Shown: positions 40,159 through 53,466, counted from the stretch's first letter. The stretch is 64,000 bases of DNA from Eledone cirrhosa (GCA_964016885.1 OZ024745.1:123194001-123258000), one strand, 5' to 3'. Made by a program: numbers and translations. The notes: generated by a model not told the origin, from the letters alone.

Positions 40159-40830
40159 AGGAAAAGAAAAATAATCTGGTTCACCCCCCCCTACTCTCTA
40201 GCAGTTAAAACTAATGTAGGCAAAACATTCCTAGAGCTCTTAGATAAACATTTCCCTAGAGCACATAGATACTATAAGATCTTCAATAGAAACTGTGTCA
40301 AAATCAGCTACTCCTGCAGTCCCCCTATTAAATCTTGTATCCTCAAATACCCAGAGAACATCAAAATTGCTCCTGTAGAGTCAAAAGTGAATGCCCATTA
40401 CCAGGTAAATGCAACACCAAAGCCATTGTATATGCGGCTAAAGTGACATCCACCAGCCACCAGCGAACGATATGTGGGTATGGCACAAGACAAATTTAAA
40501 ACGCGTTATTACTCACATGTCGCATCTTTCCGACATCCTGAAAAAAGATTTACAACAGCTCTGGCTAGCAGAATATGGGATTTGAAAGACCAAGGTATCC
40601 AATATAAATTGGATTGGTCAATTTTGGACCAATCTAGAGAATATGCAAGAGGAACAAGAAGATGCACACTCTGCATAAGTGAAAAATATTGGATTTTACA
40701 GAACCTTAAATCACCAAAAACCTGCCTAAATGCAAAAACAGAAATTTTCACCAGTTGCCTACATATGAAATCACACTTGCTTTCCAGCTCGTATAAACTT
40801 AACTCACTTTCAGATACTTATCCTCCATAA
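40159..40830 (+). pseudogene. Penelope-like element ORF 3' part (RT C-terminal region + GIY-YIG endonuclease), frameshifted
   Basis: RKRKIIWFTPPYSLAVKTNVGKTFLELLDKHFPRAHRYYKIFNRNCVKISYSC then YVG..FKTRYYSH..IWDLK..CTLCISEK..LNAKTEIFTSCLH; resembles the Hydra-type C-terminal-EN PLEs. Confidence 0.85.
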
Positions 40831-41005
40831 ACTCTTGTTCTTCACTTTCCTTAAATTACCCTCTTTACAGACTTCTCTTTCTGATTTACTTTTATTTTTA
40901 TTTTTAACTTTAATTTTACTTCACCCCCTCCCCCTGTGTTTTTATTCACTTACCTAATATCTTCACAATTCCACACATTTTACTTCCCCATTTTCTTTCA
41001 CTACC

Positions 41006-41088
41006 TGATATCACTCCGACGAACGAATGAGGACGTTTCTTGTATTCGTCTTATTCAGGAAACCTCTGGTAATGAGGTAATTATATTG
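41006..41088 (+). ncRNA. Hammerhead-like ribozyme in the PLE 3' UTR (core variant CCGACGA)
   Basis: CCGACGA-[GAATGAGGACG/CGTCTTATTC]-GAAA-CCTC tggtaat GAGG-TA^; distal stem I TGATAT/ATATTG. Confidence 0.6.
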
Positions 41089-41095
41089 TATTGTT

Positions 41096-41159
<64 letters not shown>

Positions 41160-41196
41160 TCACCATTGAGTTACCTCCATTTTTCCATGGCTTGGG

Positions 41197-41240
<44 letters not shown>

Positions 41241-41246
41241 TTATTT

Positions 41247-41597
41247 ATTTATTAAAATAACAGATTAAAGTTTAAGCAAAGAATCGCTGCTTTCACCCTT
41301 AACGGGATCTTCTGAAACTGTTTTTTCCCGTTCTTTGCCAGGGAACATTTCCACGAACCAAAGTATCGTCTTCCTGTCTTCCTCCGGTTGCAACGTTTTT
41401 TGAAATATTCACTTCTGCGTTTACATATTGACTTTGTTAGTTTCAGAAGATCCCGTTAAGGGTGAAAGCAGCGATTCTTTGCTTAAACTTTAATCTGTTA
41501 TTTTAATAAATATTTGCTCTACGGTTCTTATATATTTGATATATATTTATCCTTATCGAGCCCTCTTTGGATTTTAGTCTTCAAATTTATTATTATT

Positions 41598-41600
<3 letters not shown>
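41247..41600 (+). mobile_element. Fold-back element family B in (TA)n
   Basis: Inverted arms 41247-41318 / 41440-41511; tail also found at 33275-33320 and 58247-58325. Confidence 0.75.
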
Positions 41601-41660
<60 letters not shown>

Positions 41661-42053
41661 AATGTGTATGTCATTATATCTATGTTTATCTAAATGTTTG
41701 ATGTAGCAGATATGCCAGATATCATATCTGGATTGCATCATGCTTTAAATGTATCCTAAATAGACTATTGCAGCATACATTTACCTGCTGTGATGCATGT
41801 AGACATACATAGTTTCCTCATAATGCTGCACTTAGTATATGTATTTATACGGGGTTGTTTTATATTCATTTTATTAGATACTTGTATCTTCCATATACAT
41901 ATGGAAAATGTCATATAAATTTTCCCCAAATTTACAAATTACAGATAAACTCTACATCATATTTTTACTAATTCTCATCATTTTTGCTTGGCTATAATAT
42001 AAGTAATATTTCAGTTGATGAGACCAATACATTTTCTCAAAATCTATACATTT

Positions 42054-42136
<83 letters not shown>

Positions 42137-42596
42137 AAATGTTGAATAACCATTAAACTTTTTATCAGCTGATTCTTTCTGATCAAATGATAGAGGTATC
42201 ACATTTGGATAATACTTCCTCTGTTATTTATAAAATTTACTGTATTTTTCCGATATAAAAAACCCCCCAAAATTTGATATCAAAATGTATGAACAACAAC
42301 AATAGCAGCAGTAAAAACTACAACAACAACGATATTAGTCCTTTCAATAGAAAACCACCTGAAACCACCCTTGGTTCTATGATACAAAACTGTCATTTTT
42401 GAAATGTTTATTTTCATCTAAAACCTATCTTAATGTTGTGTTGAAACATTTGTTAAGTTATAATCTAAACACCACATACTTTTAATGAAAGAATATATTT
42501 ACTAAATCCTTCCAAATTCTTGATGATCTTCCAAATGATTTCAAAATCATAAGCAGGGTGTTTTATTAGAAATATAGTAATGAAATAGTTATTAAC

Positions 42597-42799
42597 CCCT
42601 TATCATTTAAACTGGCTATATCCGGCCAGAATTCTCTCACCTCTTTCTGTTCAAACCGACCATAACCAGCCCCTCATAACAACATTAAGGTATTGTTCTC
42701 AAAATAATATCAAAATCTCACAGATTCCATATCATATGAGATAAAGTGTTTACCATGAAATTACAATAGTAAATATAGAGTAATGTAAATGCTGAAGGG
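42597..42799 (+). mobile_element. piggyBac-type MITE
   Basis: Family sequence after TTAA. Confidence 0.75.
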
Positions 42800-43768
42800 C
42801 TAAATACAAGCCACCATCATCATCATCATCATCGTTTAACGTCCATATTCCACGCTTGCATGTATAAGCTTAGCCATCACCATTATCTGTGCTCCCCCTT
42901 TTTATGAACATCCAACTCTTTTAGCATATCTGACTTTTCTTCCAGTGTTTTACCCTGACTAGAGATCTACATTTTCTTCTTCACCCATTTATTGCTAGGA
43001 GGGTCGTGGAGGACAGAGTCTTCAGACACATCTTCTAGAGGGTCATTTCAGAAGTAACTGTCTCTAGCTAGATCCCCAATCAAAAGCAACTGGGTTATGC
43101 AACCATCATTTTAACCCCATGCCTGTAGTATCAGAGATATGATTTCTCAATGTAGAGTAGTGGTGCCTCTAGCTGGATCAAACTATGTCACACCCCTTAA
43201 ATATAATTGTTTAAAAATTTTTGTTGAGCCATTTTATGAGATACACTCAAGTTGAATTAAGGTGTGTTCTTTTGAGTTACTTGCATCTTTGTATTCATAT
43301 ATGTTTGCATGTTACTTTTGTTTGTAGTTTGTATGTGTGTGTATAAACCAACTGACCTACTAACCTATCTATGAAACAAAATATTCTTATATTAACCAAA
43401 TTATCATACTTTCTCTCATTGCAGATGATGCAGAAGTTCTTGACAAGGCTGCCATAACACGAAAAATAATTCCTTATTAGTAAGAATGTATGAAATTGTT
43501 CTGTACAACAGCCACTGTAGATGGAAAATGTGGAGTCCTTCCTTGGATTTATCTTAAAGGAAACCAGTGGAATTTGTGGCTTTAATCAAGCAACATCAGA
43601 ATACGAATAGATTTAATATAAACTGAGATAGAGGTAGCAATTAAAATAGATCCTACAACTGATTATCATCGTTATTTAGTTTAGAACATTTCTCTAAGTT
43701 CAGTGACACTCTCTGTGTGACATTGGGGAGTTTATAAACCACTACCTTAAAGAGGCAGAATTCTTTAG

Positions 43769-43989
43769 CCCTTTAACATTTAAACCGGCTGTAACCGGCC
43801 GGAATTTTCTCACCTCTTTCTGTTCAAATCAGCTGTAACTGGCTGCTCATACTGATGTTGAGGTATTATTCTCAAAATAAATAATATCAAAATCTCATAG
43901 ATTCGATATTATGTGAGATAATTATGTGAAGTAATACCTTTACTCTGAAAATACAATAGTAAATATAGAGTAATGTAAATGCTAAAGGG
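43769..43989 (+). mobile_element. piggyBac-type MITE
   Basis: Family sequence ending GCTAAAGGG-TTAA. Confidence 0.8.
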
Positions 43990-44995
43990 TTAAGTAAGCA
44001 ATTCTGGATAGTTCTACAGTTGTCTTAACAATGCTATCCAGGCAACTATAACTTACCGTGAAGAAATTCTTTTGTTACTATATGGAGGATGTTCCTTGTA
44101 TGTACTATTTTCTCACTAAAACCACTTTTTGCTTTTTGATACTGCTTCATTATAATAAGGGGTAGCACATTCCAAAATATTCTTGTCAGTGAATAAAAGA
44201 AAATTCTCTTATGCCAGCTTTTATGTTGACTGGGTGGTGGATTTTTCAGAATGTCTATAGTTTTCTTGTTTGGCTTTCAATAGAGATGGTGTTTACTGGT
44301 TGTCTGATCTAGTGGGATGTCTAAAAGTTTTACGATTCTTAGATTGGTGTTAATTCATATCCTTAATGGTCCTTTCAAAGAAATATCTCTTAATTTTAAA
44401 ATTGACCCCTCTTAGGGCAGTCTCTCTCTGTTTCTCTCAATTAATCTTATCTTTAAAGCAGCCTGTCATAATAGCATTTCTATGCCTCTTTCTTCTCAGT
44501 ATCGGAAAATTGAGTGTGATGCTGTCATTATGTACATACTTCTCACCAATGATATCCTTATTGATACTGGCACACTAATTTGCCATCCAGATAACACCTC
44601 TGATCTTTACACTACAAAACTTTGATTGGCAAACCTCTAATAATTTGCTTCTTTCCTTGCTAAGTGCACCTGAAATCTAGCTCTCTTCTAGAAAATGTTC
44701 CTTGCTCAATGCTTTCTTTCCATTCTTTCCAGATTTATTCCTTGGCTTTTAAGGCTCTATCTACTATATCACCTTCTATCTGGGTAGAATTTTCTCCATC
44801 TACAGATTATCTTGTAAAGATTCACAGTTGTCTTCCCTGATATAACTCTCCACCACCTCTACTATTTCAACATATTCACCACCTAGTACTTTCTGGACTT
44901 TCATTTGGCTGAGGTATATTTCATACATACATATATTCTTTTATAAGCTTCAGTCATTGGACTGCAGTCTTGCTGTGGCACTGCCCTGAAATGAA

Positions 44996-45409
44996 AGGGG
45001 TAGAGGAATGCAGACTTATGTTTTGAATGGAAAGAATACTTTGAATGAAAAGAATACTTTGGGGATGAAAAGAGGTCAAGCCGATGAAGGGTACACAAAA
45101 ATTTGATGTTATTAAAGAATAATGTTAAAAACGAAGGAGAGTAAAATTTTAGGATAAGGGTATTAGTGAGAAATACCAATCTTCGTTTTTAACATTATCC
45201 CGCCGAGGTTAACTTTGCCTTTCATCCTTATGGGGTCGATAAAATAAAGTACCAGTAATGTACTGGGTAATTGCTGGCCTTGTGCCTAAAATAGAAACAA
45301 TTATTCTTTAATAACATCAACTTTTTGTGTATCCTTCACCGGCTTGACCTCTTTTCATCCGTAAAGTATTCTTTCCATTCAAAACATAAGTCTGCATTCC
45401 TCTACCCCT
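44996..45409. repeat. Inverted repeat (about 110-125-bp arms) with a SINE 3' half in the spacer
   Basis: AGGGGTAGAGGAATGCAGACTTATG...AAAGAATAAT / ATTATTCTTT...GCATTCCTCTACCCCT; SINE at about 45197-45303. Confidence 0.85.
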
Positions 45410-45854
45410 AAATTAAATTTCTACTACTACTATTCTATCAACTTGACCTCTTACTACTTTTCCATTGGTCAATTCAAAACCTGTTCCCAAACAGACCTAT
45501 TATATTAAATCTTTGTTGGTTTTTTTCAATAAACAAATCTCATCATTTCTAAAGACAGCATATATATGTGAAGGTATGTATATTTCCTCTGATAGTTTGT
45601 AAGATTTTTACATAGATCTATATGATATACATACCAACACACATATATATCCTAGAAACGATCGTAAAATGATGAATTTTTTAATATAAGGAACTTGTTC
45701 TTTGTTTTTATTCATTGTTTTTATTAATTTATCTTGACTCTGTTTCCCTATGATTTTCATCGAAAATTTTTGAATGCGTCTTCTCTTTTCATGATATTTA
45801 GATTACATTGAGTTCTTCATGCGGATTGGACACTACCGTATATTTTGGTAGATT

Positions 45855-45968
<114 letters not shown>

Positions 45969-45970
45969 AA

Positions 45971-46582
45971 CAGTAGAGCAAATATTTATTAAAATAACAG
46001 ATTAAAGTTTAAGCAAAGAATCGATGCTTTCACCTTTAATGGGATCTTCTGAAACAAAAAAAAAATCAATCTGTTGTCGCAGAAGTAAATATTTCGAAAA
46101 ACGTTGCAACCGAATGAAAACAGGAAGACGATACTTTGGTTCGTGAAGATGTTCCCTGGCAAAGAAATTTTACTTAACTATTATTACTTACTTTACGATT
46201 TTAATAACCTCTGTCATTTTCGTTCAACAAATTTATTTACATTATTCTTAAACTCCGGAGCTGAGAATCATTCGGTTTCCTAAATAGAATATTAGTCTAA
46301 TGACTCCATTTATACCATAAATGTGGTTTTGCTTTTTTGTCTTTGCGTGAAATTGTTCTCATTGCTCCACATAACGACATAATTATCCTCGTTTTTTTTC
46401 TGTTCATTGCCAGAGAATGTTTTCACGAACCAAAGTATTGTCTTCCTGTTTTCCTTCGGTTGCAACGTTTCTCGAAATATTTACTTCTGTGTCCACAGAT
46501 TGATTTTTTTTTAGTTTCAGAAGATCCCGTTAAGGGTGAAAGCAGCGATTCTTTGCTTAAACTTTAATCTGTTATTTTAATA
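45971..46582. mobile_element. Fold-back element family B, long form
   Basis: Arms of about 180 bp (45987-46165 / 46404-46582); same sequence as 41330-41511. Confidence 0.8.
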
Positions 46583-46602
46583 GATATATATATATATATG
46601 TG

Positions 46603-46862
46603 TGAAGGCGCATGGCTTAGTGGCTAGAGCATTGGACTTGCAATCGAAAGGTTGTGAGTTCAAAGGTTGTGAGTTCAATTGTGGGGTCCCTATCATTCCA
46701 CTGCAAAGTGGTCGTGGGGGTGCCACGGCAAAAAATCACCCAGCCCACACTGTAAAGTGGACGTGTAGGCACCACGGAAAAAAAAGCACCCAGCACTCAC
46801 TGTAAATGAGGTTGGTGTTAGGAAGGGCATCCAACTGTAGAAATCAAGCCAGAATCAGTCCC
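46603..46862 (+). mobile_element. tRNA-headed SINE with RTE tail (rearranged)
   Basis: GGCGCATGGCTTAGTGGCTAGAGC (A box), GAGTTCAA (B box, duplicated), then an RTE 3'-UTR-like tail. Confidence 0.8.
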
Positions 46863-47526
46863 AGAGAAAGAGGGAGGGGGGAGTGTGAAAGGGAGCAGTG
46901 AGAGAGAGAGAGAGTGAGAAAAAGAGGGAGAGGGGGAAGGAGGGGAATTAATCTACTTTATTTATCAATCTTGAAAGGACGAAAGTTAAATTTGACCATG
47001 ACAGAATTTGAACTCAGAGTACAGTAATCTGGAACAAACACTGGAACATTTTTAATCCAACACGCTAATGACTACCTATAGATACCGTATATACTTATAT
47101 ATAAGATGATCCAAATATAAACAGACCCCTATTTTATGTCTAAGAAATAGGCAAAAATCTAAACCCCATGTATAAACAGAAGCAGATAATCAACACGTTT
47201 AGAAATTCTCATAAATGGAGAATATATTTATGAATTTTTAATATTTTGATATCTAAAATGTTTTAAGTGTCGTTTAGAGTATAGTTTGTTTCATAACTCT
47301 ATTATGTAAATATTTTTAACCAATTTCTAACTGTTTTGAAGGTCATATTCATTCAAAACACATCAAAAACAATAGGAAATATGAATTCCATCTCCAAAAT
47401 GAAACTGGTGTTACATTCACCTCTAAAATAAAAACACTTTAGCACCTTATTTACATAGAATTTGATTGTTGGTGAAAATCGGTAAAATATAAGCTGACTT
47501 TTATTCTGCCATCATATTTTTTGTCT

Positions 47527-47619
<93 letters not shown>

Positions 47620-47678
47620 TGATAATCTTTTTAACGTCTGCTTTCTATACTTGCAATATATATATATGTATATATATA

Positions 47679-48957
47679 CAGGGTGTGGACGATATTTATT
47701 CGCAATTTTCAACTGCTAATTTTACTTCCGTTGTCACTCTTGTCTTCATAAAAACAGTGACTATATTTCCATTATTTATTTTTTGAATAATTGATTATGA
47801 ATAATTTTGAACCTCCAAATTTGTAGAAGAGACACGGAGTTCTTCTTGGAATCTGTGCCGGGAGGACAAATAAGGAAATTTCAGACTTTCTCAGCGTCAG
47901 CAGGAGAATAGTGGAAAGGGTCAGAAAGGAATTGGAAGATACAGGATTCGACTACGAACCAACATCAGAGAGGAAAAAACATGATCGACGATCTGACGCC
48001 TTCAGAACGCCCAAGTTCGTCGCTGAAGTTCAGGATATCATCAACAATGAACCTAGCAAGTCGATGCGTGCCATTGCAAGGGAGAAAGGCGTGGATGAAA
48101 AGCTCATTAGGCTGGTGGTACATGAAGACATTCGCTACGTTTCATACAAGATGAGGAAAGGATAATTTCTGTCAAAGGCGATGCAAGAAAAGTGACTGAA
48201 GCTGATCAACAAGTTGAAACACCCACTGGAGCCAGACATGCTGTTGTTTTTCTTTGACGAGAAAAACTCCTGCCAAGACCAGAAGATCAACTCCCAGAAC
48301 AACAGGTGGCTCGCTGTCTTATCCAAAGACGTGCCCAGAGTCATGCAGACAAAGTTTCCAGCGACAACATTGGTCCTAGGTGTCGTCAGCAGTCAAGGTA
48401 AAGTCGTGCCACCTCACTTCTTCTCTGAGGGCCTCAAGCTGAACACCGATGGCTACATCCGCGTTCTGAGCGAGGTAGTAAAGCGCTGGATCGACCAGGT
48501 AGCTGCAGGTAGGCCGTACGCGTGGCAGCAAGACTCAGCGCCCTGCCATACCAGCCGAAAACCCAAGCCTGGCTGTCAGAGAACTTCGTCGACCTCATTT
48601 CACCTGACATCTGGCCTCCCAGCTCGCCTGACTGCAACCCCGTCGACTTCTTTGTGTGGGGCACAGTGGAATGAGACATCAACAGATCTAGCTGCAATAC
48701 GAAAGACGATCTGAAGGCCAGGATCACAAGTGCCTTTAGGGGCTTAAGTCGGGGGACAGTAACGAAGGCCTGTAGCCGGTTCCAAGGCCGCCTTGAGGCC
48801 GTCATCAAAGCCAATGGCGGGTTTATCGAGTGAGATCGAAAGAACAAGTCATCAAGGCAAATTGACCCAAGTTTGATAAATATATCTTAAAAAATAAAAC
48901 TACTGTGTTACTTTTTCCTTGACAGTAATCTTGCAAACAAATATCGTCCGCACCCTG
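47679..48957 (+). mobile_element. Full-length Tc1/mariner transposon, DD37D (maT) family, inactivated
   Basis: TA-CAGGGTGTGGACGATATTT ... AAATATCGTCCGCACCCTG-TA; FFDEK, WQQDSAPCH, WPPSSPDCNPVD; 37 residues between the 2nd and 3rd D after repairing a 1-nt frameshift; in-frame stops. Confidence 0.92.
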
Positions 48958-49320
48958 TATATATGATAGGCTTCCACATAGTTTCTGTCTATCAAATTTC
49001 ATTCACAAATTATTGGTTAACCTAATTCTACAGTAGATGACACTTGCCTATGGAACTATGCAGTGGTTGTTAAGCAATCTTCTTAACCATACAGCTATAC
49101 ATGCCTGCACATATACTGAACATAAATATCTTTTATGAATATCATATATATATATTGTATAAATATATGTTTTAAACAACGTATATGATTTAAAAATACT
49201 TCTGACAGAAAACATAATAAGAAAATTATACATCATGGACAACCTATAAATCATACTAAGACTGGACTACATAAATTTATAATTATTTCTATGTACTGTA
49301 CTTTGACAGCAGTTCTCTCC

Positions 49321-49355
<35 letters not shown>

Positions 49356-49634
49356 GCACACACGGTAAAAAGGTTCCCAGTCCACACTGTAAATGTGGTT
49401 GGTGTTAGGAAGGGCATCCAGCCATAAAAAAACCTGCCAGATACAGTCCTATATGAGCGAGACACGGTCACCCAATCAATCTTGCCTCAAGTGGGACAAT
49501 TCCCGTCTAACCCATGCTAGTGTGGAAGATAGAAGTTATACTATAATGATGATGATGATATATATAAGGTTACTAAGTATGAAATTTCCGATTCCAATTG
49601 AAAACTACACAAGGGACATTTTATACTTAATGAC

Positions 49635-49694
<60 letters not shown>

Positions 49695-49759
49695 TAGGTA
49701 GAACACTGGAACGTAATATCTGTAGTGGTAGAGCACTCAATCCATGGGACGAGTTTGGT

Positions 49760-49900
49760 AGAAGTAGTAACACAACAGTTAGTTCACCATACCGAGAGCA
49801 ATTGTTTCACCTTATGCGGATCTTCAGCTCGGACTGAAGATCCGCTAAGGTGAAACAATTGTTCTCGGTATGGTGAACTAACTGTTGTGTTACTACTTCT
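49760..49900. mobile_element. Fold-back element with back-to-back hammerhead cores
   Basis: About 68-bp arms around CTCGGA. Confidence 0.85.
49792..49832 (-). ncRNA. Minimal hammerhead (U16.1 changed to C); partner core on + at 49834-49868
   Basis: Minus strand: CCGAG-CTGAAGA-TCC gcataa GGT-GAAA-CAATTG-CT^CTCGG; plus copy reads CAATTG-TT^CTCGG. Confidence 0.6.
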
Positions 49901-50639
49901 CTCTCTCTATATATATATACTTCATTTTTGTATTTGTTTTGCAAGATTTTTTTATATGAAAACATGTGTTGAAGCAGATAGTGTTACACTTTGGGAGTGT
50001 CAAGATGACAATAAAACACACACCTATTGGATTTCATTTCAATTTATTGATTATAATTTCCCACTCAGTTAGTTTAATAACTGGACAGTTGTTTAGTTGT
50101 TGATTGTCATCAAACCTCTTTCATCACACATTCTGTGACCTCCTCTTTCTCTCTTACTAATCCCTCGTTCTCTCTGTTTCTCTTACTTTCTTTCGTCCCC
50201 TCTGCCATGTCAGTTAACTCTTTCTCTCTACTGACCTCTTCCTCGCACTCCCACTCACTCAGTCCCTGTTTCTCCCCTTCTTTCTTCCTCCCGTTCGCTG
50301 GGAAAACGGTTTTCATTCTTTCTAACACCGGATTCACTAGCGAAAGGTCTGTTTTCTGACTCGCTCATATATTCACACAGCTTATGCTGAAAGAATAACT
50401 ATGTTGCTTGTGTTTATTTCCATCTTCGGTTAGCTTCCCCCTGTGTTGTTTACTTGTCTCACTCGCTTTACGCGTTTCTATTGTCCTAATAACTTATTTT
50501 AGTTATTATCGCTCCAACGTGAGGTATATGATTTTTAATTCGATGAAATACCCATGATCGTTTGGTAAATCACTGATGATGGACTCATTTTATAACATGT
50601 TATCCATGTGCAACCAGCAGTATTCCTCTCACTCATATT

Positions 50640-50678
<39 letters not shown>

Positions 50679-50788
50679 TCCAGTTCCTCAGAGAAATAAC
50701 AACCTAACCAGGAACTGGACATATCAGAGTATTGACAAAATTATACACCTCAACAACATATGTACTTGTCTATACCACACTAATTCGG

Positions 50789-50843
50789 ACTGCCTGAAGA
50801 GATCACAGCCAAAGATGGCTGTCACTGAAATATATATAGTAGT
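50789..50843 (+). ncRNA. Minimal type-I hammerhead ribozyme
   Basis: ACTGC-CTGAAGA-gatc ACAGCCA aaga TGGCTGT cact-GAAA-TATATA-TA^GTAGT. Confidence 0.75.
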
Positions 50844-51294
50844 AATAAACGAAGCTAAATTTTAAACATTAGACTTTTTATTTAACTTTATTTTATATAT
50901 ATATATATATATATATTTATGTGTATATGTATGAATATAAATAATATGTAAAGATATGTGGCTCTGGGATTGGGTTGCTTGGCTCATGGTTATATGGTAG
51001 TAAATTTGATTCCCATTGCTCCAGTCCACTAATCTGGAAAAAGTGAGTTGTACTTATAATTCAAAAGACCGGCTGTGATGTTGAATCTTGTTAAGAACTA
51101 CATTAACCCTTTAATGTTCAAACCGGCCAAAACACTCACTGTAAATGAGGTTGGTGTTAGGAAGGACATCTAGCTGTAGAAATCAAGCCAGAATCAGTTC
51201 CCGTCCAACCCTTGCAAGCAGGGAAAAGCGGACGTAAAATGACGATGATGATGATGATGATATGTGTGTGTGTGTCACACATATATGTATACAT

Positions 51295-51510
51295 ATATTA
51301 TTCAGAATATTAATAAATGAAGACATTCACATAATCAAAATATGTTTTATTATATAATAAAACATATATTTTGATTATGTGAATGTCTTCATTTATTAAT
51401 ATTCTGAATAATATTAATAACTCCAGAAAATTTCTTTGTAGAGTGCTTTTAATCTATTGTAAAACTATATTCATTGAGTAATCAATGAACCATATTAATC
51501 TTTGGTTATA
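51295..51510 (+). mobile_element. Family A-like fold-back without ribozyme core
   Basis: Loopless palindrome 51295-51414 centred on TTTTATTAT|ATAATAAAA, followed by the ACTCC..GAGTGCTT tail. Confidence 0.7.
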
Positions 51511-51958
51511 TATACATATATATATATACAGCGCAAGGTCAATAATGTAAAATAGACATGGAGAAGAACTACATAAAGTATTATTAGGTTACCTCATGTA
51601 CGAAAAGAGAAAAGAAATGTCTTCAACATATTGGATAGAAGTTGTTAATTGTTTTGTCATTCTCTATTGCAATGGGGGAAATTAAACATGGAATTGCAGA
51701 TTGTTAGAGGCATTGAAGCTTGAGAAGCTCAATGTCAGATGGTGTTTCCTAGGTGAATTTAACCCTTTTCATATCAACCTGAACAAGTTCTTGTAAAAAT
51801 AGTTGGTCACCTACATTATTGTGGTTTTTAATTTATTTAGGGATAAAACCACCAATTTTGTGGCAGGGAAAAGTTGATTAAATTGATCCCAGTACATGAC
51901 TGGTACTTTATTTTATCAACCATGAAAGAATGAAAGGCATAGTTGACCTCAGCAGAAT

Positions 51959-52143
51959 GTGGATTGGCAGTATCGGTAGAGGGTCGGACGCCATGCTTTC
52001 CAGCATAGTTACGTCCCTTTAGGATCTGAGTTCAAATCCCGCCGAGGTTGACTTTGCCTTTCATCCTTACGGGGTCGATAAAATAAAGTACCAGTAATGC
52101 ACTGGGTAATTGCTCACCTTGTGCCTAAAGTAGAAACAATTAT
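51959..52143 (+). mobile_element. tRNA-derived SINE (Nin-domain-like), head-to-head with a minus copy at about 51840-51955
   Basis: Near-identical to 19538-19720. Confidence 0.85.
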
Positions 52144-52418
52144 TATTATAATACTCCAGATAAATTTAACAGTTGAGTGCTTCATATCTGTTATGAACAT
52201 AACTCTGTTGATTACATATCAACAAAGTCTCTAACTCATTGTATATTATATTGTTATACTTTGGGAGGGTCATGTTGCCAATAAGAAACACACGCACCAG
52301 TTGCTTTCACTCCAATATATTATAAATTAAAAATTATTATTTATTTATTTTTTTTTTTTAAATTTATAAATTTCCGGCTGGTTGGTTGGTTCCACAACCG
52401 GACGGTTGTTCATACATT

Positions 52419-52461
52419 GTCAAAGTTCTTTCGTCACACATTCTGTGACCTCTTCAGTGAC
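52419..52461 (-). ncRNA. Minimal type-I hammerhead ribozyme (family C)
   Basis: Minus strand: GTCA-CTGAAGA-G-GTCACA gaatg TGTGAC-GAAA-GAAC-TT^TGAC. Confidence 0.72.
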
Positions 52462-52790
52462 TGGGGATTCTTTTCTTTGTTTTGTGCCTCTCCTTTGTTC
52501 TGTCCTACGCCATCTTGTTTTTTCTTTTTTATTTTTTTCAGAAACGAAATATATATATATATATATATGGCAAATATCTAAATGCTGTTTTAACGGTCTA
52601 TTCTCCGATTTCTTACTTTCTCACATGCTTACGCTCTGCTAACTCTCTAGCCCACTAAATATTAACACTTCGAATATTTAATACTGCCGGCACTAGTATC
52701 GAGCACCTTTGGCATACGCTACTTGGCAAATAACTATATGTATCACCTATCCTCCCCTTTTTTTCTCTCTCTCGATACGTAAATACTGTA

Positions 52791-52863
<73 letters not shown>

Positions 52864-52871
52864 ATATATAT

Positions 52872-52903
<32 letters not shown>

Positions 52904-53155
52904 ATTATATATATATATTATATATATATATATATATTATATATATATATTATATATATATATTATATATATATATATATATTATATATATATATATATG
53001 TATGTATTTCAATGTACTACCTACACTACATATATAAATATGTATACAATTAAGGTATCATACATATTTAATATGTATTGATGATTGTGTTTCTCAATAA
53101 ATAACCTCAATGGACCTTAGTTCAATAATTTAAGATAAAAGATATCTTTTAACTT

Positions 53156-53221
<66 letters not shown>

Positions 53222-53419
53222 ATGTCCATTTTTCCATGCTAGCATGGAAAAAATAACGTTAAATGGTGATGATGATGATGATGATGATTCATATATATAT
53301 ATGTGAAAGATTTGGACCCCGATGGCTGAGCTCCGGCCGTTTCAACAGCTAGATCCGGAATCTTTCATATTACCCACTCTACTACCCCAAGTATTGAGTA
53401 CTCTGGTGCATCCATTCTG

Positions 53420-53464
<45 letters not shown>

Positions 53465-53466
53465 AT

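Noticed and set aside
44100-44900. Possible host exon region
   Set aside because: No long frame; may be a very decayed minus-strand LINE but cannot be supported
46603-46680. tRNA gene
   Set aside because: Acceptor and T stems are not formed; it continues into a SINE body, so it is a SINE head
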